The position numbers were made by a program, and so were the translations under genes. 58,258 nucleotides of DNA from Planctomycetota bacterium (GTDB lineage: Bacteria; Planctomycetota; Planctomycetia; JALXBF01). Below, one piece after another: positions 20,376 through 30,497 of this stretch. The DNA is taken from contig JALXBF010000096.1 of NCBI GenBank assembly GCA_026991575.1, positions 1 through 58,258 on the forward strand, written 5' to 3'. The notes beneath the pieces were generated by a model. It worked only from the letters and a program-made list of their open reading frames with translations. It had not been told where the DNA came from and did not search any database. Within the stretch, counting starts at the first letter, position 1. The number at the start of each line of letters is the position of its first letter.

Positions 20376-21382
20376 CCGTGCCGTCGGAGCTGTCGGCCCG
20401 ACAATGTGGGCTTCCATTGCACCGGCTCGACCGTGGCCGGAGCCGAGCCGCTCAGACCCCACCGCGCCAGGCGGCCCAACCGCCAAGCGAGGAAAACGGT
20501 GCTGCCACCGTCCGCTGCGGGGGGAACGGGTGGAAGTGGGGAAGGCCCTTTCTAAGGTTGTTGTGCGTTGTGGCCGTGTTGACCCTCCTGGTGCAGCTGC
20601 GGCCGGGAAGGGCAATCGATACCGTAAGGCGTGTCGATCTGTCCAGGTGCCTGGCTGCATCCGCCGCGCTGGTTCTGGCCCAGGCGCTAGGGGCCGTCGC
20701 CTGGCACTTCTGCTTCCGCGCAGCGGGTGCATCAAGCCCGGCACCATTAGAGCTTGTCCGATGCTTTTACGTCAGTATCGGATTCGGCGCTGTGACGCCG
20801 GCGTCCGTCGGAGGGGATGCGTACCGGCTTGTAGTCACGCGACGCCTCGGCGCCAGTCTTTCGTCTGGTCTGCGGATCTCGCTCTACCAGCGTGTCTTCA
20901 GCCTGGCGGGGGCTGCCGCAGTAGCCTGCCCGGCGTTGGTGTTCCTGCCGGTAGGTGCGCGGGGCCCGTTGGTTGCCCTGTCGCTTGGCTCGGTGCTAGC
21001 CTTGCCGGTGCTTCTGGTGCTATTGACGCGCGCACCCGGCTTAGGCCGCGGCAAAGCGTTCCTGTTGGCAACACTGGCTGCGGTCGCCTCCGTTGTGCAC
21101 CACGCTGCGTGCACCTTTAGCCTGGGGGTGGTGGCAGCGGCCGTCATGCCCGATGCGCCAGCTGCCACATTGTGGTCATGGGTCAGTGTGGCTCGCCTCA
21201 TCGGCATGCTTGCGCCAGTCCCCGGAGCGGCAGGCATTCTCGAGAGCGCCTACGCGTACATGGGGCGATGGGCCGGGGCACCGCTTGAAGCAGGACTTGT
21301 CGTCGCTGCAGCCCAGCGGATCGCCTTGTTCACGATTGCGGTCGTGGCCCTGTTCATCCAGCCTCGAGACGCGTCGCGGTGA
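20360..21382 (+). CDS. Lysylphosphatidylglycerol-synthase TM / flippase-like (UPF0104) membrane protein
   Basis: TPASVGGDAYR, QRVF and PVPGAAGILE motifs with multiple TM helices. Start uncertain. Confidence 0.75.
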   Translation: MGVSVTVPSELSARQCGLPLHRLDRGRSRAAQTPPRQAAQPPSEENGAATVRCGGNGWKWGRPFLRLLCVVAVLTLLVQLRPGRAIDTVRRVDLSRCLAASAALVLAQALGAVAWHFCFRAAGASSPAPLELVRCFYVSIGFGAVTPASVGGDAYRLVVTRRLGASLSSGLRISLYQRVFSLAGAAAVACPALVFLPVGARGPLVALSLGSVLALPVLLVLLTRAPGLGRGKAFLLATLAAVASVVHHAACTFSLGVVAAAVMPDAPAATLWSWVSVARLIGMLAPVPGAAGILESAYAYMGRWAGAPLEAGLVVAAAQRIALFTIAVVALFIQPRDASR

Positions 21383-21945
21383 GTGCAGGCAATCTGTTCG
21401 AGTCCGCCTTCGATGCGGCCCGGGCAAGGCTTCTTGTTCGGCGCTGCTGACTAACGCGACGGTCCAGCCATTTCCTGCCGGATCGAACAACAGCTTCACC
21501 ATTCCTGGCCCGTATCTGCACATCGATTGGGTGCGCGGTAAGGCCGCGGCCGGAGCCGGGACGCTATTCGCAACGTGCCTTGCCGTAACAGGCTGCGTTT
21601 GCCTTTGGGCCAAGTGGATGCTACGGTTGCTTGGTTCGAGGTGGTGGCCCGACCGGGCGCCAGTAAACAGACGGGCCAACTGCCAGCTGCCGCCAGACGC
21701 TGTAGCTGCGGGGACAGGCCGGCGATCTCGCTGGCCGTGGATCCGTGCACGCGATGTGGCGAGGCGGCGTGAACCTGCCCGCCCGACCGTTCCGCGACCG
21801 CACGTCTGGTAGCACGAGTAGCTTGCCCGGAAACGCTCCCCTGGGGACGGCGCCCGGATGCGCTACTGATCTCGGCTGCTGAGAGGGTGAATCGTTCGCC
21901 TTCCGATACGTTGGGTTCCCTTGACAAGCCGGCGGAGGAACAGTC

Positions 21946-23298
21946 GTGAAAGCCACCCCGAAGCATGTGTCCACTGCGCGCGGCCGCCAAGCTCAATCCA
22001 GCCTCTGTGGTCGTGCGCTGCGTAAGTTTGCCTGCCAGATTCTTGAGTTCCTGCCCGTCAACGTCATGATTGCCGATACCAAGTTTCGGCTGCGATACTT
22101 GAACCCCGCTGCGCTGAGAGCCTTTGACCAGATCCGCCACCTGCTGCCAGTTCCGCCGGAACGGATGGTGGGCACGACGATCGATGTCTTCCATCGAGAC
22201 CCGGCTCGGGTGCGCCGGATCCTGGGCGACCCGGCGAATCTGCCATACTCTACTCAGTTCAAGATCGGCGACGAGATCATCGCGCAGACGGTACATCCCC
22301 TGTACGACTCCCTCGGCCGCGTGGCCGGCTACGTGTCGATCTGGCGACTTGCTACTGAGGAGGTGCGGGCCGAACAGTACCGGCAGACGCTCGGGCAAGT
22401 GTTGGAACGAATCGCGCATCTGGCACACATGACGACCGAAGAATTGGGGGCGGTCAGCCGCCAGATGTCCGACAATGCTGCCAAGACCTCGGAACAGGCG
22501 GCTCTTCTGTCGAGTTCCGCGCAAGAAATCAGCGCCAGCACGGATGCCGTGGCCGCGGCCGTTGAGGAGATGCGCACCAGTATCGGCGAAGTGGCACGCA
22601 GCGCGAACGAGTCCACGGAGGTGGCCAAAGAGGCCGTGGAAGTGGTCGAACAAACGGCCCAGACCGTCTCACGACTGGGACAGTCCAGCGGTGAGATCGG
22701 AGAGGTGGTCCGGTTAATCACGTCGATCGCGCAACAGACGAGCCTGCTGGCGCTGAACGCCACCATCGAGGCTGCCCGTGCTGGCGAGGCTGGAAAGGGC
22801 TTTGCCGTGGTGGCCACGGAGGTCAAGGAGCTTGCGAAGGAGACTGCTGAGGCGACCGAGAAGATCGGTGAAAAAGTGCACGGTATCCAACAGGCCGCGC
22901 AGGGAACCGTGCACGCGATGGACCGGATCTGCAGCGTTATCCGCCGCGTGAACGATGCTCTGGTGACCATTGCCAGCGCTGTCGAAGAGCAGAGTGCCAC
23001 GGTCGAAGAGATTAGCCAGAACGTCAGCCAGGCAGCGGCCGGAACGAGTGAGGTTGCCACTCACTCTGCTTCCGTTGCCGAATTGGCCGAGAGCACTAGC
23101 CAGGCGACGGAGAGCGTTCTCAAAGCGGCCGCACGGCTTGCGGACGCCGCTCAAGAAATCGACACGCTGCTACGCAACGGCGAATGGCACACCCACGGTA
23201 CGCAAGCGACCTCGATGAGTCGCCCCGCCATCCAGTCGCGAGGCGATACGGTGCAGTCCACTCCGTCGCAACACGAGTTGACTGCCACGGCCGGCTGA
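21946..23298 (+). CDS. Soluble PAS-domain methyl-accepting chemotaxis protein
   Basis: N-terminal PAS (NVMIAD...YLNPA...IDVFH), MCP hairpin tip [37 protein letters not shown], no TM segment. GGAGG upstream of the GTG. Confidence 0.92.
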   Translation: MKATPKHVSTARGRQAQSSLCGRALRKFACQILEFLPVNVMIADTKFRLRYLNPAALRAFDQIRHLLPVPPERMVGTTIDVFHRDPARVRRILGDPANLPYSTQFKIGDEIIAQTVHPLYDSLGRVAGYVSIWRLATEEVRAEQYRQTLGQVLERIAHLAHMTTEELGAVSRQMSDNAAKTSEQAALLSSSAQEISASTDAVAAAVEEMRTSIGEVARSANESTEVAKEAVEVVEQTAQTVSRLGQSSGEIGEVVRLITSIAQQTSLLALNATIEAARAGEAGKGFAVVATEVKELAKETAEATEKIGEKVHGIQQAAQGTVHAMDRICSVIRRVNDALVTIASAVEEQSATVEEISQNVSQAAAGTSEVATHSASVAELAESTSQATESVLKAAARLADAAQEIDTLLRNGEWHTHGTQATSMSRPAIQSRGDTVQSTPSQHELTATAG

Positions 23299-24323
23299 CG
23301 CCAAGGTTCTATCAAACCCCCTGCCGAATTGACGGACAACCGTTCGCAGGATCGCCGGCTGCTCGCGCGTGGGTCGTCTGAACCGAACCAGGCGGCTGGC
23401 CCGAGCCCGGGGATCGCTCTACTGCTACCGTCCCTGCGGCAACGTGCCGCGGTCGCGCTCTTAGCTAGCCAGATGCGTGGCAAGGGGATCGGGCCGGTTG
23501 CCGTGCGCGTGCGGAGGACAGACCCGGCGACGATCCCCGGCGAAGCGTGCCATCGACGCACCGTTTGGCCGCCAACAAGTGTTGCGTCTCCGAACAGGGC
23601 CCGCCACCCCCCGGCTAGGCTATCATGGTGGCTCGGGGACTTGGCAGAGCGAACGGGCGTGGTGTGCGCCAGCAATTCGCATCCGGTTTCTCGCTCCGGT
23701 CGAGTCGTCGTGCAGTGGGGAACCGGCCAATCGTTGACCGCCTCCGCCTTCTGTGCGCGCGGCACTGCTACGAGCGTGCAATGGACATGTGCTCTTCGGC
23801 AACCCGCGAGTGCCGCTCTCAGCGAAGGGGGGCGGGCACGCCAGTACGTTGAGCGGCCGCGCCAGCTTGGTACCAACGCGGCCAAGATCGAACGGCAGCC
23901 ACGCCGGTAGCGGTGCATCAGCCGGTCTTGACCGCCAGGAGCGGCGATCTGGTGCCTGCAGGCGGCAATAATCAGCAAATGCGCGACACCAGCGTACGCG
24001 ACCACCTACCAGCGGAACTGAGGTATGGTCGAGCTGGTGAGCGACACCGTGGGGCCTCAGAGCTAGCTCCATCGGTATCGCTCATCGGCTTGCCGACGAG
24101 CTCGTTAGCACTCAGCGAGCAGTCGAGGCCCGAAAATCTGGCAGAGAATAGTCGTCCGTCGCCTACTTCAGGAGCAGCTTGCCTGTCCCTCCGCCGATGC
24201 TGGTGTCGGGGTGACCTACGGCCACGCTGGTCGACGCAGGGCGGAACGTCCGAACTGGAATCACTCAGCCACTGGTTCGCCGGGCTCGTAATTGCAAAGT
24301 GACTCTGGGGAGGAGCCGGACGG

Positions 24324-25589
24324 ATGAAACGGCTGAATGGGCTGGAAGCTATTGTTGCGGTGGCGTCCATCCACGCGACGCTTACGGCTCTGGCCGCGGC
24401 CGAACCGGCCTGGGGGCCAGGCGTTGCGCCAGGGCCGCCCGCGATTGCAGCCAGTTTCCGTGACGCGTTGCGCCGGGCACTGACGCCGGACGACGTCCGC
24501 TGGCTGCGTCATGCGACGATCAAGCAGTTGAACGGCTGCCAAGTCCGGGCAAAGGGGGGCATTTGGGTCTATACGCCTGACGGTCGTGGACACTACCGGG
24601 CGCTCTGGACGCGGGATTTTGCCTACATGATGCTGTACGCCGGGGAGCTGATTCCGGCGGCCGACGCCCTGGCCTGTATTGAGTACCTGCTGGCTGGCCA
24701 ACGGGCCGATGGCTGTATCCCGGATCGGGTCGACCCGGCAGGGAGACCGATCTACAGCCCCGGGCCGCCCAACGGGCCGCTTGCCGACCACGCGTTGGAC
24801 AACGGACCGTTCATGGCGATTCTCGTGTCCGCTTACGTTGAGAAGACGGGCGATCTGGATTCGTTTCGCCGGTGGCAGCCGGCGCTGCGCCGCGCGCTGG
24901 ACTTCGTCCGCCGTGCAGACAACGGCCTGGTCTACAATCCACCGGATGACCCGCAGTGCCCATACGGCTTTACCGACACCGTTGCTAAGACAGGGCACCT
25001 CTTGTTTTCCTCTTTGCTGTATTACGACGCCTGCCGCCGTCTTGCCCGCCTGTGTCGTGCGGCCAGCTGTGGCGACCCGGACGAATACGAGCGACGAGCT
25101 GCGTTGATTCGCCGCAACGTCCGCATCCTGTGGGACAAGCAGGCGGGCATGTTCTGGGCCGCTGACCAGCACTGCAAGCAGATCGACATCTGGGGCAGTG
25201 CCCTTGCTGTGACCGTTGGCTGCGCTCGACGAGCCCAGGCGGATCGGATCGCCAGTTATCTGGTCCGGCACTACAAAGGAATCATCCAGCACGGCCACGT
25301 CCGCCACCTGCCACCCGACGAGTACTGGCATCGCTTCCTGACGCCCAAGCCGGTGCGGCCGGGCACGTATCACAACGGCGCGTACTGGGCGGTGCCGGTT
25401 GCCTGGGTCGCCCCCGTCGTCGCGCGGCGGGACCCGGCGCTGGCCGCGCGGATGGTACGCGAGGCAATCGCGTACTTCCGCCGGTATGGCATCTACGAGT
25501 GCATCAACGGCCGGTACCGCAAACTGCCCAACTGTGTCGTTAGCGCTACGAACGTGTATGGCCTCGTACGCGATCTCTTCAAACATTAG
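24324..25589 (+). CDS. Secreted (alpha/alpha)6-barrel glycoside hydrolase (amylo-alpha-1,6-glucosidase/GH78-like)
   Basis: Signal peptide, LWTRD motif, QRADG, YGFTD and TYHNGAYW motifs. GGAGG RBS. Confidence 0.7.
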   Translation: MKRLNGLEAIVAVASIHATLTALAAAEPAWGPGVAPGPPAIAASFRDALRRALTPDDVRWLRHATIKQLNGCQVRAKGGIWVYTPDGRGHYRALWTRDFAYMMLYAGELIPAADALACIEYLLAGQRADGCIPDRVDPAGRPIYSPGPPNGPLADHALDNGPFMAILVSAYVEKTGDLDSFRRWQPALRRALDFVRRADNGLVYNPPDDPQCPYGFTDTVAKTGHLLFSSLLYYDACRRLARLCRAASCGDPDEYERRAALIRRNVRILWDKQAGMFWAADQHCKQIDIWGSALAVTVGCARRAQADRIASYLVRHYKGIIQHGHVRHLPPDEYWHRFLTPKPVRPGTYHNGAYWAVPVAWVAPVVARRDPALAARMVREAIAYFRRYGIYECINGRYRKLPNCVVSATNVYGLVRDLFKH

Positions 25590-26135
25590 CATCTCCTGCT
25601 ACCTGGCGGCCTTCGGACAACCGGCTGCTTTGCGTCATAACGCAGCCAACTCGCGACGGTTGGGACGGATCGAACCCTCAGCTCGTTTGCCGTACCGGTC
25701 TGCACAGATCGACCGCCAAAGGAACGCTGTTCCACCTCCCGGTGGTTTGATCGAGAAGTCCATACGCGTCCTTTGAGGTCCGATCCGGAATTACGGCCGG
25801 CCCGGCTCGTTGCAGGGAAGGCTGCCAACGGACCATGCGCCACTCGTCCGGCTTCGTTGAGGAAACACAGGGGGGGCTAACTCAGGTGCACGCGTGTCCG
25901 GCCGTAACTGCGCCACCCATCCTACCTGCTTACGAACGTTGTTCGGGCGACCCGGATCTTGGTGAGCTTGCCGGGCAACTGCGCCCCGGTGGTCCTTCTG
26001 CTCACTTCAACAAGCTACCCCGTGATCGTTCGCCGCAGATCGGAGCGGTTCATGCGCTCTAGACCCCGCCGACCAGACCGGGCGTCAAGAGCCTGCGCAC
26101 CGCGACCATTGGGCGTTGCCGCATGACCGACCGTG

Positions 26136-26163
26136 TGTCAGGAAACCGGCTGCTCAGGCGTAG
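26136..26163 (+). promoter_or_regulatory. Candidate ECF-type promoter TGTCAG-N18-GTAG
   Basis: TGTCAG at 26136-26141, 18-nt spacer, GTAG at 26160, about 40 nt before ATG 26204. Same motif precedes three other island genes. Confidence 0.55.
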
Positions 26164-26203
26164 GTCGTATGGAGTGACCAGCTAAACCGTGCCGGAGGCA
26201 AGC

Positions 26204-26974
26204 ATGACGATCACAGCAGGTCGCTGCCAGTATGGGTTGTTGGAAGCGGTGGCACCAAACCATCCGCTTTGTCGGCGGATTCAGATGGGCGGTTTGAGGG
26301 TGGCCGTGGCCCAGCATCTGTTGCCCAGGAACCGAGATGCGGTGTGGGTCACCTGCCGCATCGGTACCGAGTACGCAAGGAATCAGCTGCTTCAGGAAGT
26401 GTTTTACGCCTGGCGGCTCCCCATGTCGTGTCATCCGGACGTTGGCTACCAGGTGGTCATAAGCCGCTACCCGGACCAGCAGGTGCGGCGTACGGCAGAG
26501 CTGCTTCTGCGTGCTCAGCGGGCGGGGCTTCTTGGTGCTTATGCCGTCGAGATGCGCCCCAGCGGCTGGATAGTCCGGGCGCTGCGCGATTGCGCGAGCC
26601 GACGCTACTTCCTCGGGCAGTGGCTCGAGCTGTTTGCACTAATCGTCGCTTCCCGGCTAGTACGTGCTCGCTGCCCTGGGTTACCCGAGCCGCTCACTCG
26701 GGTCGTCGTGGCCGACGAGCTCGGCAACGCGGTGCGTGAGCTGGACGTTGTCGTGCCCCTTCCGGATGGCAAGCTCCTGATTGTGGAGGCCAAGGCGGGG
26801 TTCAACGATGAGGGGGACAGACAGCTTAGCGACGCGGCGACGCGCTGGCGGCTGAAGCGATCGCATGCGGTGTTACTGCAGCCGGGGGGGAGGACCCGCA
26901 TACACGATCAGTACATCGTTATGGGACCGCGCGCCTATGTCCTGCATCTGCGAACTGTTCTGACCACACCCTGA
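26204..26974 (+). CDS. PD-(D/E)XK nuclease, Card1/DUF1887 C-terminal-domain-like, paralog 1
   Basis: YFLGQWLELF...ELDVVV...LLIVEAKAG catalytic pattern. ATG 26204 follows GGAGG. No recognisable CARF domain. Confidence 0.65.
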   Translation: MTITAGRCQYGLLEAVAPNHPLCRRIQMGGLRVAVAQHLLPRNRDAVWVTCRIGTEYARNQLLQEVFYAWRLPMSCHPDVGYQVVISRYPDQQVRRTAELLLRAQRAGLLGAYAVEMRPSGWIVRALRDCASRRYFLGQWLELFALIVASRLVRARCPGLPEPLTRVVVADELGNAVRELDVVVPLPDGKLLIVEAKAGFNDEGDRQLSDAATRWRLKRSHAVLLQPGGRTRIHDQYIVMGPRAYVLHLRTVLTTP

Positions 26975-27113
26975 TCAATCCGTCGTTTGTTGGTCCGTTC
27001 CGAGGCGAACGAGGGGTTGGTGGCCGACGGTGGCCGCCTGGGATCGGGGTGAGCGCGTGGCGGTCTCACCGGTCCCGGGCCGACGCCTGCGGCGTGCTGA
27101 TGCAGCCACCGAT

Positions 27114-27141
27114 TGTCAGAGTTTGCGATCGGAGCGCGTTG
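27114..27141 (+). promoter_or_regulatory. Candidate ECF-type promoter TGTCAG-N18-GTTG
   Basis: TGTCAG at 27114-27119, 18-nt spacer, GTTGAT at 27138, just upstream of ATG 27154. Confidence 0.55.
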
Positions 27142-27153
27142 ATAGGGTGTCGT

Positions 27154-27969
27154 ATGGCGTGGGAAGTAAGTGTGCGACTGTCGAGGTACGCCGTGGCAGG
27201 ACAGCGAGAGTATGGGTTGATCGAGCGGGTTCCGTACGAGCACCCGCTGTGTCGGCGACTGCAGTTGGGGCAGTTGTCCGTCTCGGAGGCCTGGCGGTTG
27301 AATCCCAGCAACCGCGCAGCCGTCTCGGTAACCTGTCGGCTAAGCATCGGGTACGAACAGAACAAGCTGCTCCAGGATCTGCTGTATGCCTGGCGCTTGC
27401 TCGCACCGCATGCATCAGATCCAAACGCGGAGATCGTCATTCGCCCAGCCCGCTACCCGCGTGAGCAGGTGGCGCAGGCCTTCCAGCTGCTGGTGCGTGC
27501 CCGACAGGCCCGGCTGATGTCCAAGCAGCCGATCCGGTTCAGGCAGGAGGGTTGGCGTGTCCGACCGATCGCGCACGTCCAAACTCGGTCCTACTTCACG
27601 GGACGATGGCTGGAACTGTTTGCTCTGATCGGGGCGTGGCTTGTGCACCGCGTCCGCTGTCGTGAGCTGCCGGAGCCGTTAGGGCGGGTCGTGATCAATG
27701 GCGCGGGCGGCGAAGCTGCTTGCGAGTTCGACGTCGTGGTGCCAATGCCCAATGGGAAGTTCGTCTTTGTGGAGGCGAAGACGGGGGCGGCTCCTGGTGC
27801 AGGCGGCAAGCTGGCTGAAGCGGCATCGCGTTGGGGAGTTGGCAGGAGGTATGCCGTGTTGCTGAAGCCGAGCGGAGAGCCCCAGATCTACGACAACTAC
27901 ATTGCGATGGGACCACGCCATTACATCGGCTACCTGAAGATGCTCGTCAGCCGAACTTCTAGCCAGTAA
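27154..27969 (+). CDS. PD-(D/E)XK nuclease, Card1/DUF1887 C-terminal-domain-like, paralog 2
   Basis: YFTGRWLELF...EFDVVV...FVFVEAKTG. Collinear with paralog 1 (HPLCRR, VTCR, YAWRL, RYP, LPEPL, MGPR conserved). Confidence 0.65.
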   Translation: MAWEVSVRLSRYAVAGQREYGLIERVPYEHPLCRRLQLGQLSVSEAWRLNPSNRAAVSVTCRLSIGYEQNKLLQDLLYAWRLLAPHASDPNAEIVIRPARYPREQVAQAFQLLVRARQARLMSKQPIRFRQEGWRVRPIAHVQTRSYFTGRWLELFALIGAWLVHRVRCRELPEPLGRVVINGAGGEAACEFDVVVPMPNGKFVFVEAKTGAAPGAGGKLAEAASRWGVGRRYAVLLKPSGEPQIYDNYIAMGPRHYIGYLKMLVSRTSSQ

Positions 27970-28909
27970 ACGCAGCCCCCAACCCGCGTAGAGCGTGCGG
28001 GCGGTGCCCGGCGCGGCACTGAACCACGCCATAGCGTCCTGCCAGAGGGTGCCGGCGTAACCTGGTCGTTTGCGCCCGCCACCAACGCGGCCCACGGTGT
28101 AACAACGTCCGTGCTCAACCCAGCCAGCGAGGCCGAGGCGAGACGAAATCAGGGTCTCTCTGCACGGTTTGTGCCACGTGGCAATGTGCCTTGGGGTACG
28201 TGTCACACGCACTGCTAGCTCGCTGTCGGTTCGTTTGCCGGCCGTGCGGCTCGTAGAGCGGTCCAGCCAGCGCGCGCGGTCGATATGAGCTCTTGCCAGG
28301 CCGCCCGTGCTGTCCGGCCGACCCTTCGGGCCGGAGGCCGGTGATCTCCTCAATCGCCCATCCCGGCGGAGAGCCGGCATTAACGCGTGTGGACCTCTAT
28401 CCACGCTAGCCGCGCAAGCTTACGCACGATGCCAGCAGCGCTGCCAATGACCAAGCGACGCCACTGGATAACGCGAGGCATGTCCTCAGCTGCCTTGCGC
28501 CGCGCCGGGGGGCTTCTGAACGGTCTGCGGGCCGTGGTCCGTCCGCCTCCCATTGGCGGACTGACGGTTCGTGGGCCGATGCAGGCACGCCGGGCCGGTG
28601 CTTCGTGCGGGGACCGCGGGAACAAATCTGGGAGCTGTGCGTCTTTCCAATAAAGCACAGGGTCGACGTACGGGATCGTTCCGGACAGCGCGATGGTACG
28701 TCGCTTACTTCGCACCAACCAGTGCCCTTCTCACACGGCCCAGCCGACGGTCACGCGTGCTCGTGCCGCCGCCGGCGCCTTCCCAGCGTGGCCTTCGGCC
28801 GCCGCGGCTGACTGAGCCGACCTGCAGCCGCTACGCCTTGCTCTTCCCGGATTCCTTTCGCTGCTGGTTTTCTGAACGTTTACTTGCTACCCGTGGAGCT
28901 GTATCGGTG

Positions 28910-29638
28910 ATGTTGGGCCGTCTGGTGTGTTGGCTAAAGTCGCTTGCTGGTCGTCCGAGCGCTGAACATACAGAGTCGGTGCCGGAGCCGGTACGTTGCG
29001 CGCCGGTTGAGGTGCTTGCCCCACTGGCCGGTGACGACCCCGTTGAGCGGGCCAAGTTGCTCGTGCGGCTCGCTGCCCTGGCCGTGAAGGCGTCCACCCG
29101 GTCGGAAGAGGCTCTAGAAGAGCGGGACCGTGCCTCGCTGACGGCGCTGGTCAGCCTGGCACGCAGCGAGGCGTTGGAGGCCGGGATGGGCTTCGGTGAG
29201 TGGACCGAGGCAGCGTTCGAGGGGGAGGTGCTGCTGGACGGAGAGGATCGCCGCGCTACCGCCGAGCTGCTGGTGGCCCTCGACCTGGTGATCTCAGGCC
29301 TCAAGGACACTGAGGACGTGCCAGCGGGACGAAGTGCGGATGTGGCCGCAGGGCCGGACCTTGAGGACCACTCCCTTGGACCGCTGGCTCGGGTCGGCTG
29401 CGCGCTGGTTGGAGCAGACCGCTGGCCTGAACTAATCGCGGTTCGAAGGGCTGCGGCCCAATGGGAGCCGTGGCAAGCCCTCCGACGCGACGTGCTCTGG
29501 GAGCGGCTATTCATGACAGACGACGACCCGGATCCCTCCACCGGGGGACTCATGCCGCTAGCCGAGCGTGCCGCACGCCGGCGGGCGGCCTCCGGCGACC
29601 ACCCTCTGCCCATCGGTACGTTCGTCGCACACGCGTGA
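28910..29638 (+). CDS. Hypothetical acidic all-alpha protein
   Basis: Protein-like A/L/E/R-rich composition from ATG 28910 with GGAG upstream. The upstream ORF extension looks non-coding. No family recognised. Confidence 0.6.
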   Translation: MLGRLVCWLKSLAGRPSAEHTESVPEPVRCAPVEVLAPLAGDDPVERAKLLVRLAALAVKASTRSEEALEERDRASLTALVSLARSEALEAGMGFGEWTEAAFEGEVLLDGEDRRATAELLVALDLVISGLKDTEDVPAGRSADVAAGPDLEDHSLGPLARVGCALVGADRWPELIAVRRAAAQWEPWQALRRDVLWERLFMTDDDPDPSTGGLMPLAERAARRRAASGDHPLPIGTFVAHA

Positions 29639-30497
29639 GCGGCGGCGACCGTGCCACACGGGGCTGCGCAGACGACCAACCGCTGACCGACATGCTGCGC
29701 GCACTGAGGTGCAGCCTGCTGGAGCTGGTTCTGGCGGGTCCCCCGGTGGCCAGTTCGGGGGTAGCCCGCCGGAACGGTCCCCGGCTGCGCAGGCCGAACT
29801 GTTGAAGCCAGCGGATGCGTTTACCGTGCTTGCGGAGGACCAGGTGCAATGACCCGCTGGAAAGAAGCCGGAGCTACCGCATTGGGGGGTTCGCATCCGC
29901 TGGATTGCCTGGCCCAGCACGGATCCTGTGCAGGAGGGACTGGTCACTGCAACGCAGGTACGCCGACCCGCACCGCAGCGGAGCGTGTTGTGGCCGCCGG
30001 TGGTGCCACCCAACAGCTTTAGCGGCGGCGCCAGGATGGATGCCGGCCGCGTCGAGAGGCTGCCGGGTGTCACACAGACGTGTCCGTAGATTCGCCCCCC
30101 GCCTCGGAGCTCTGGCTGCAGCGCTAACCGCCTCTGAACCCAACGCGGCGCCATCACACCTGCCACTGGCACCCGGTCCATAGCAGCGGACCTGGTATCG
30201 TTAGCCCTATCGACCTGGTGGGCCGACTGGCGCCAGTCCCTTGTCTCGTCGTCGCATCTCTCTGTCCGGTGGCCGGACACGCTAGACGCCACCCAATCGC
30301 CGGCCTCAGGTTGTGTGCCCTGTCCACGTCGCTCTTGGTTTTTTCCTGTGGACACTCCTTCAGCACACACTGACAGGGCGCGCTGATCGCCCGTAGAGCC
30401 GCGTCCCATTGCTCTGCCCGGGTAGTTCGCCGATCCTGTTGCACCGACCTGCTGCTTCCAGGTCCGTGGCGTGAAGCGTTCCGATCGTGCAGCCTGT

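Noticed and set aside
23299..24323. ORFs in the gap between the chemoreceptor and the glycosidase
   Set aside because: Mutually overlapping low-complexity frames with no recognisable family or RNA motif.
27970..28909. Possible gene or mobile element between nuclease 2 and the orphan helical gene
   Set aside because: No transposase motif, terminal repeats or convincing ORF.
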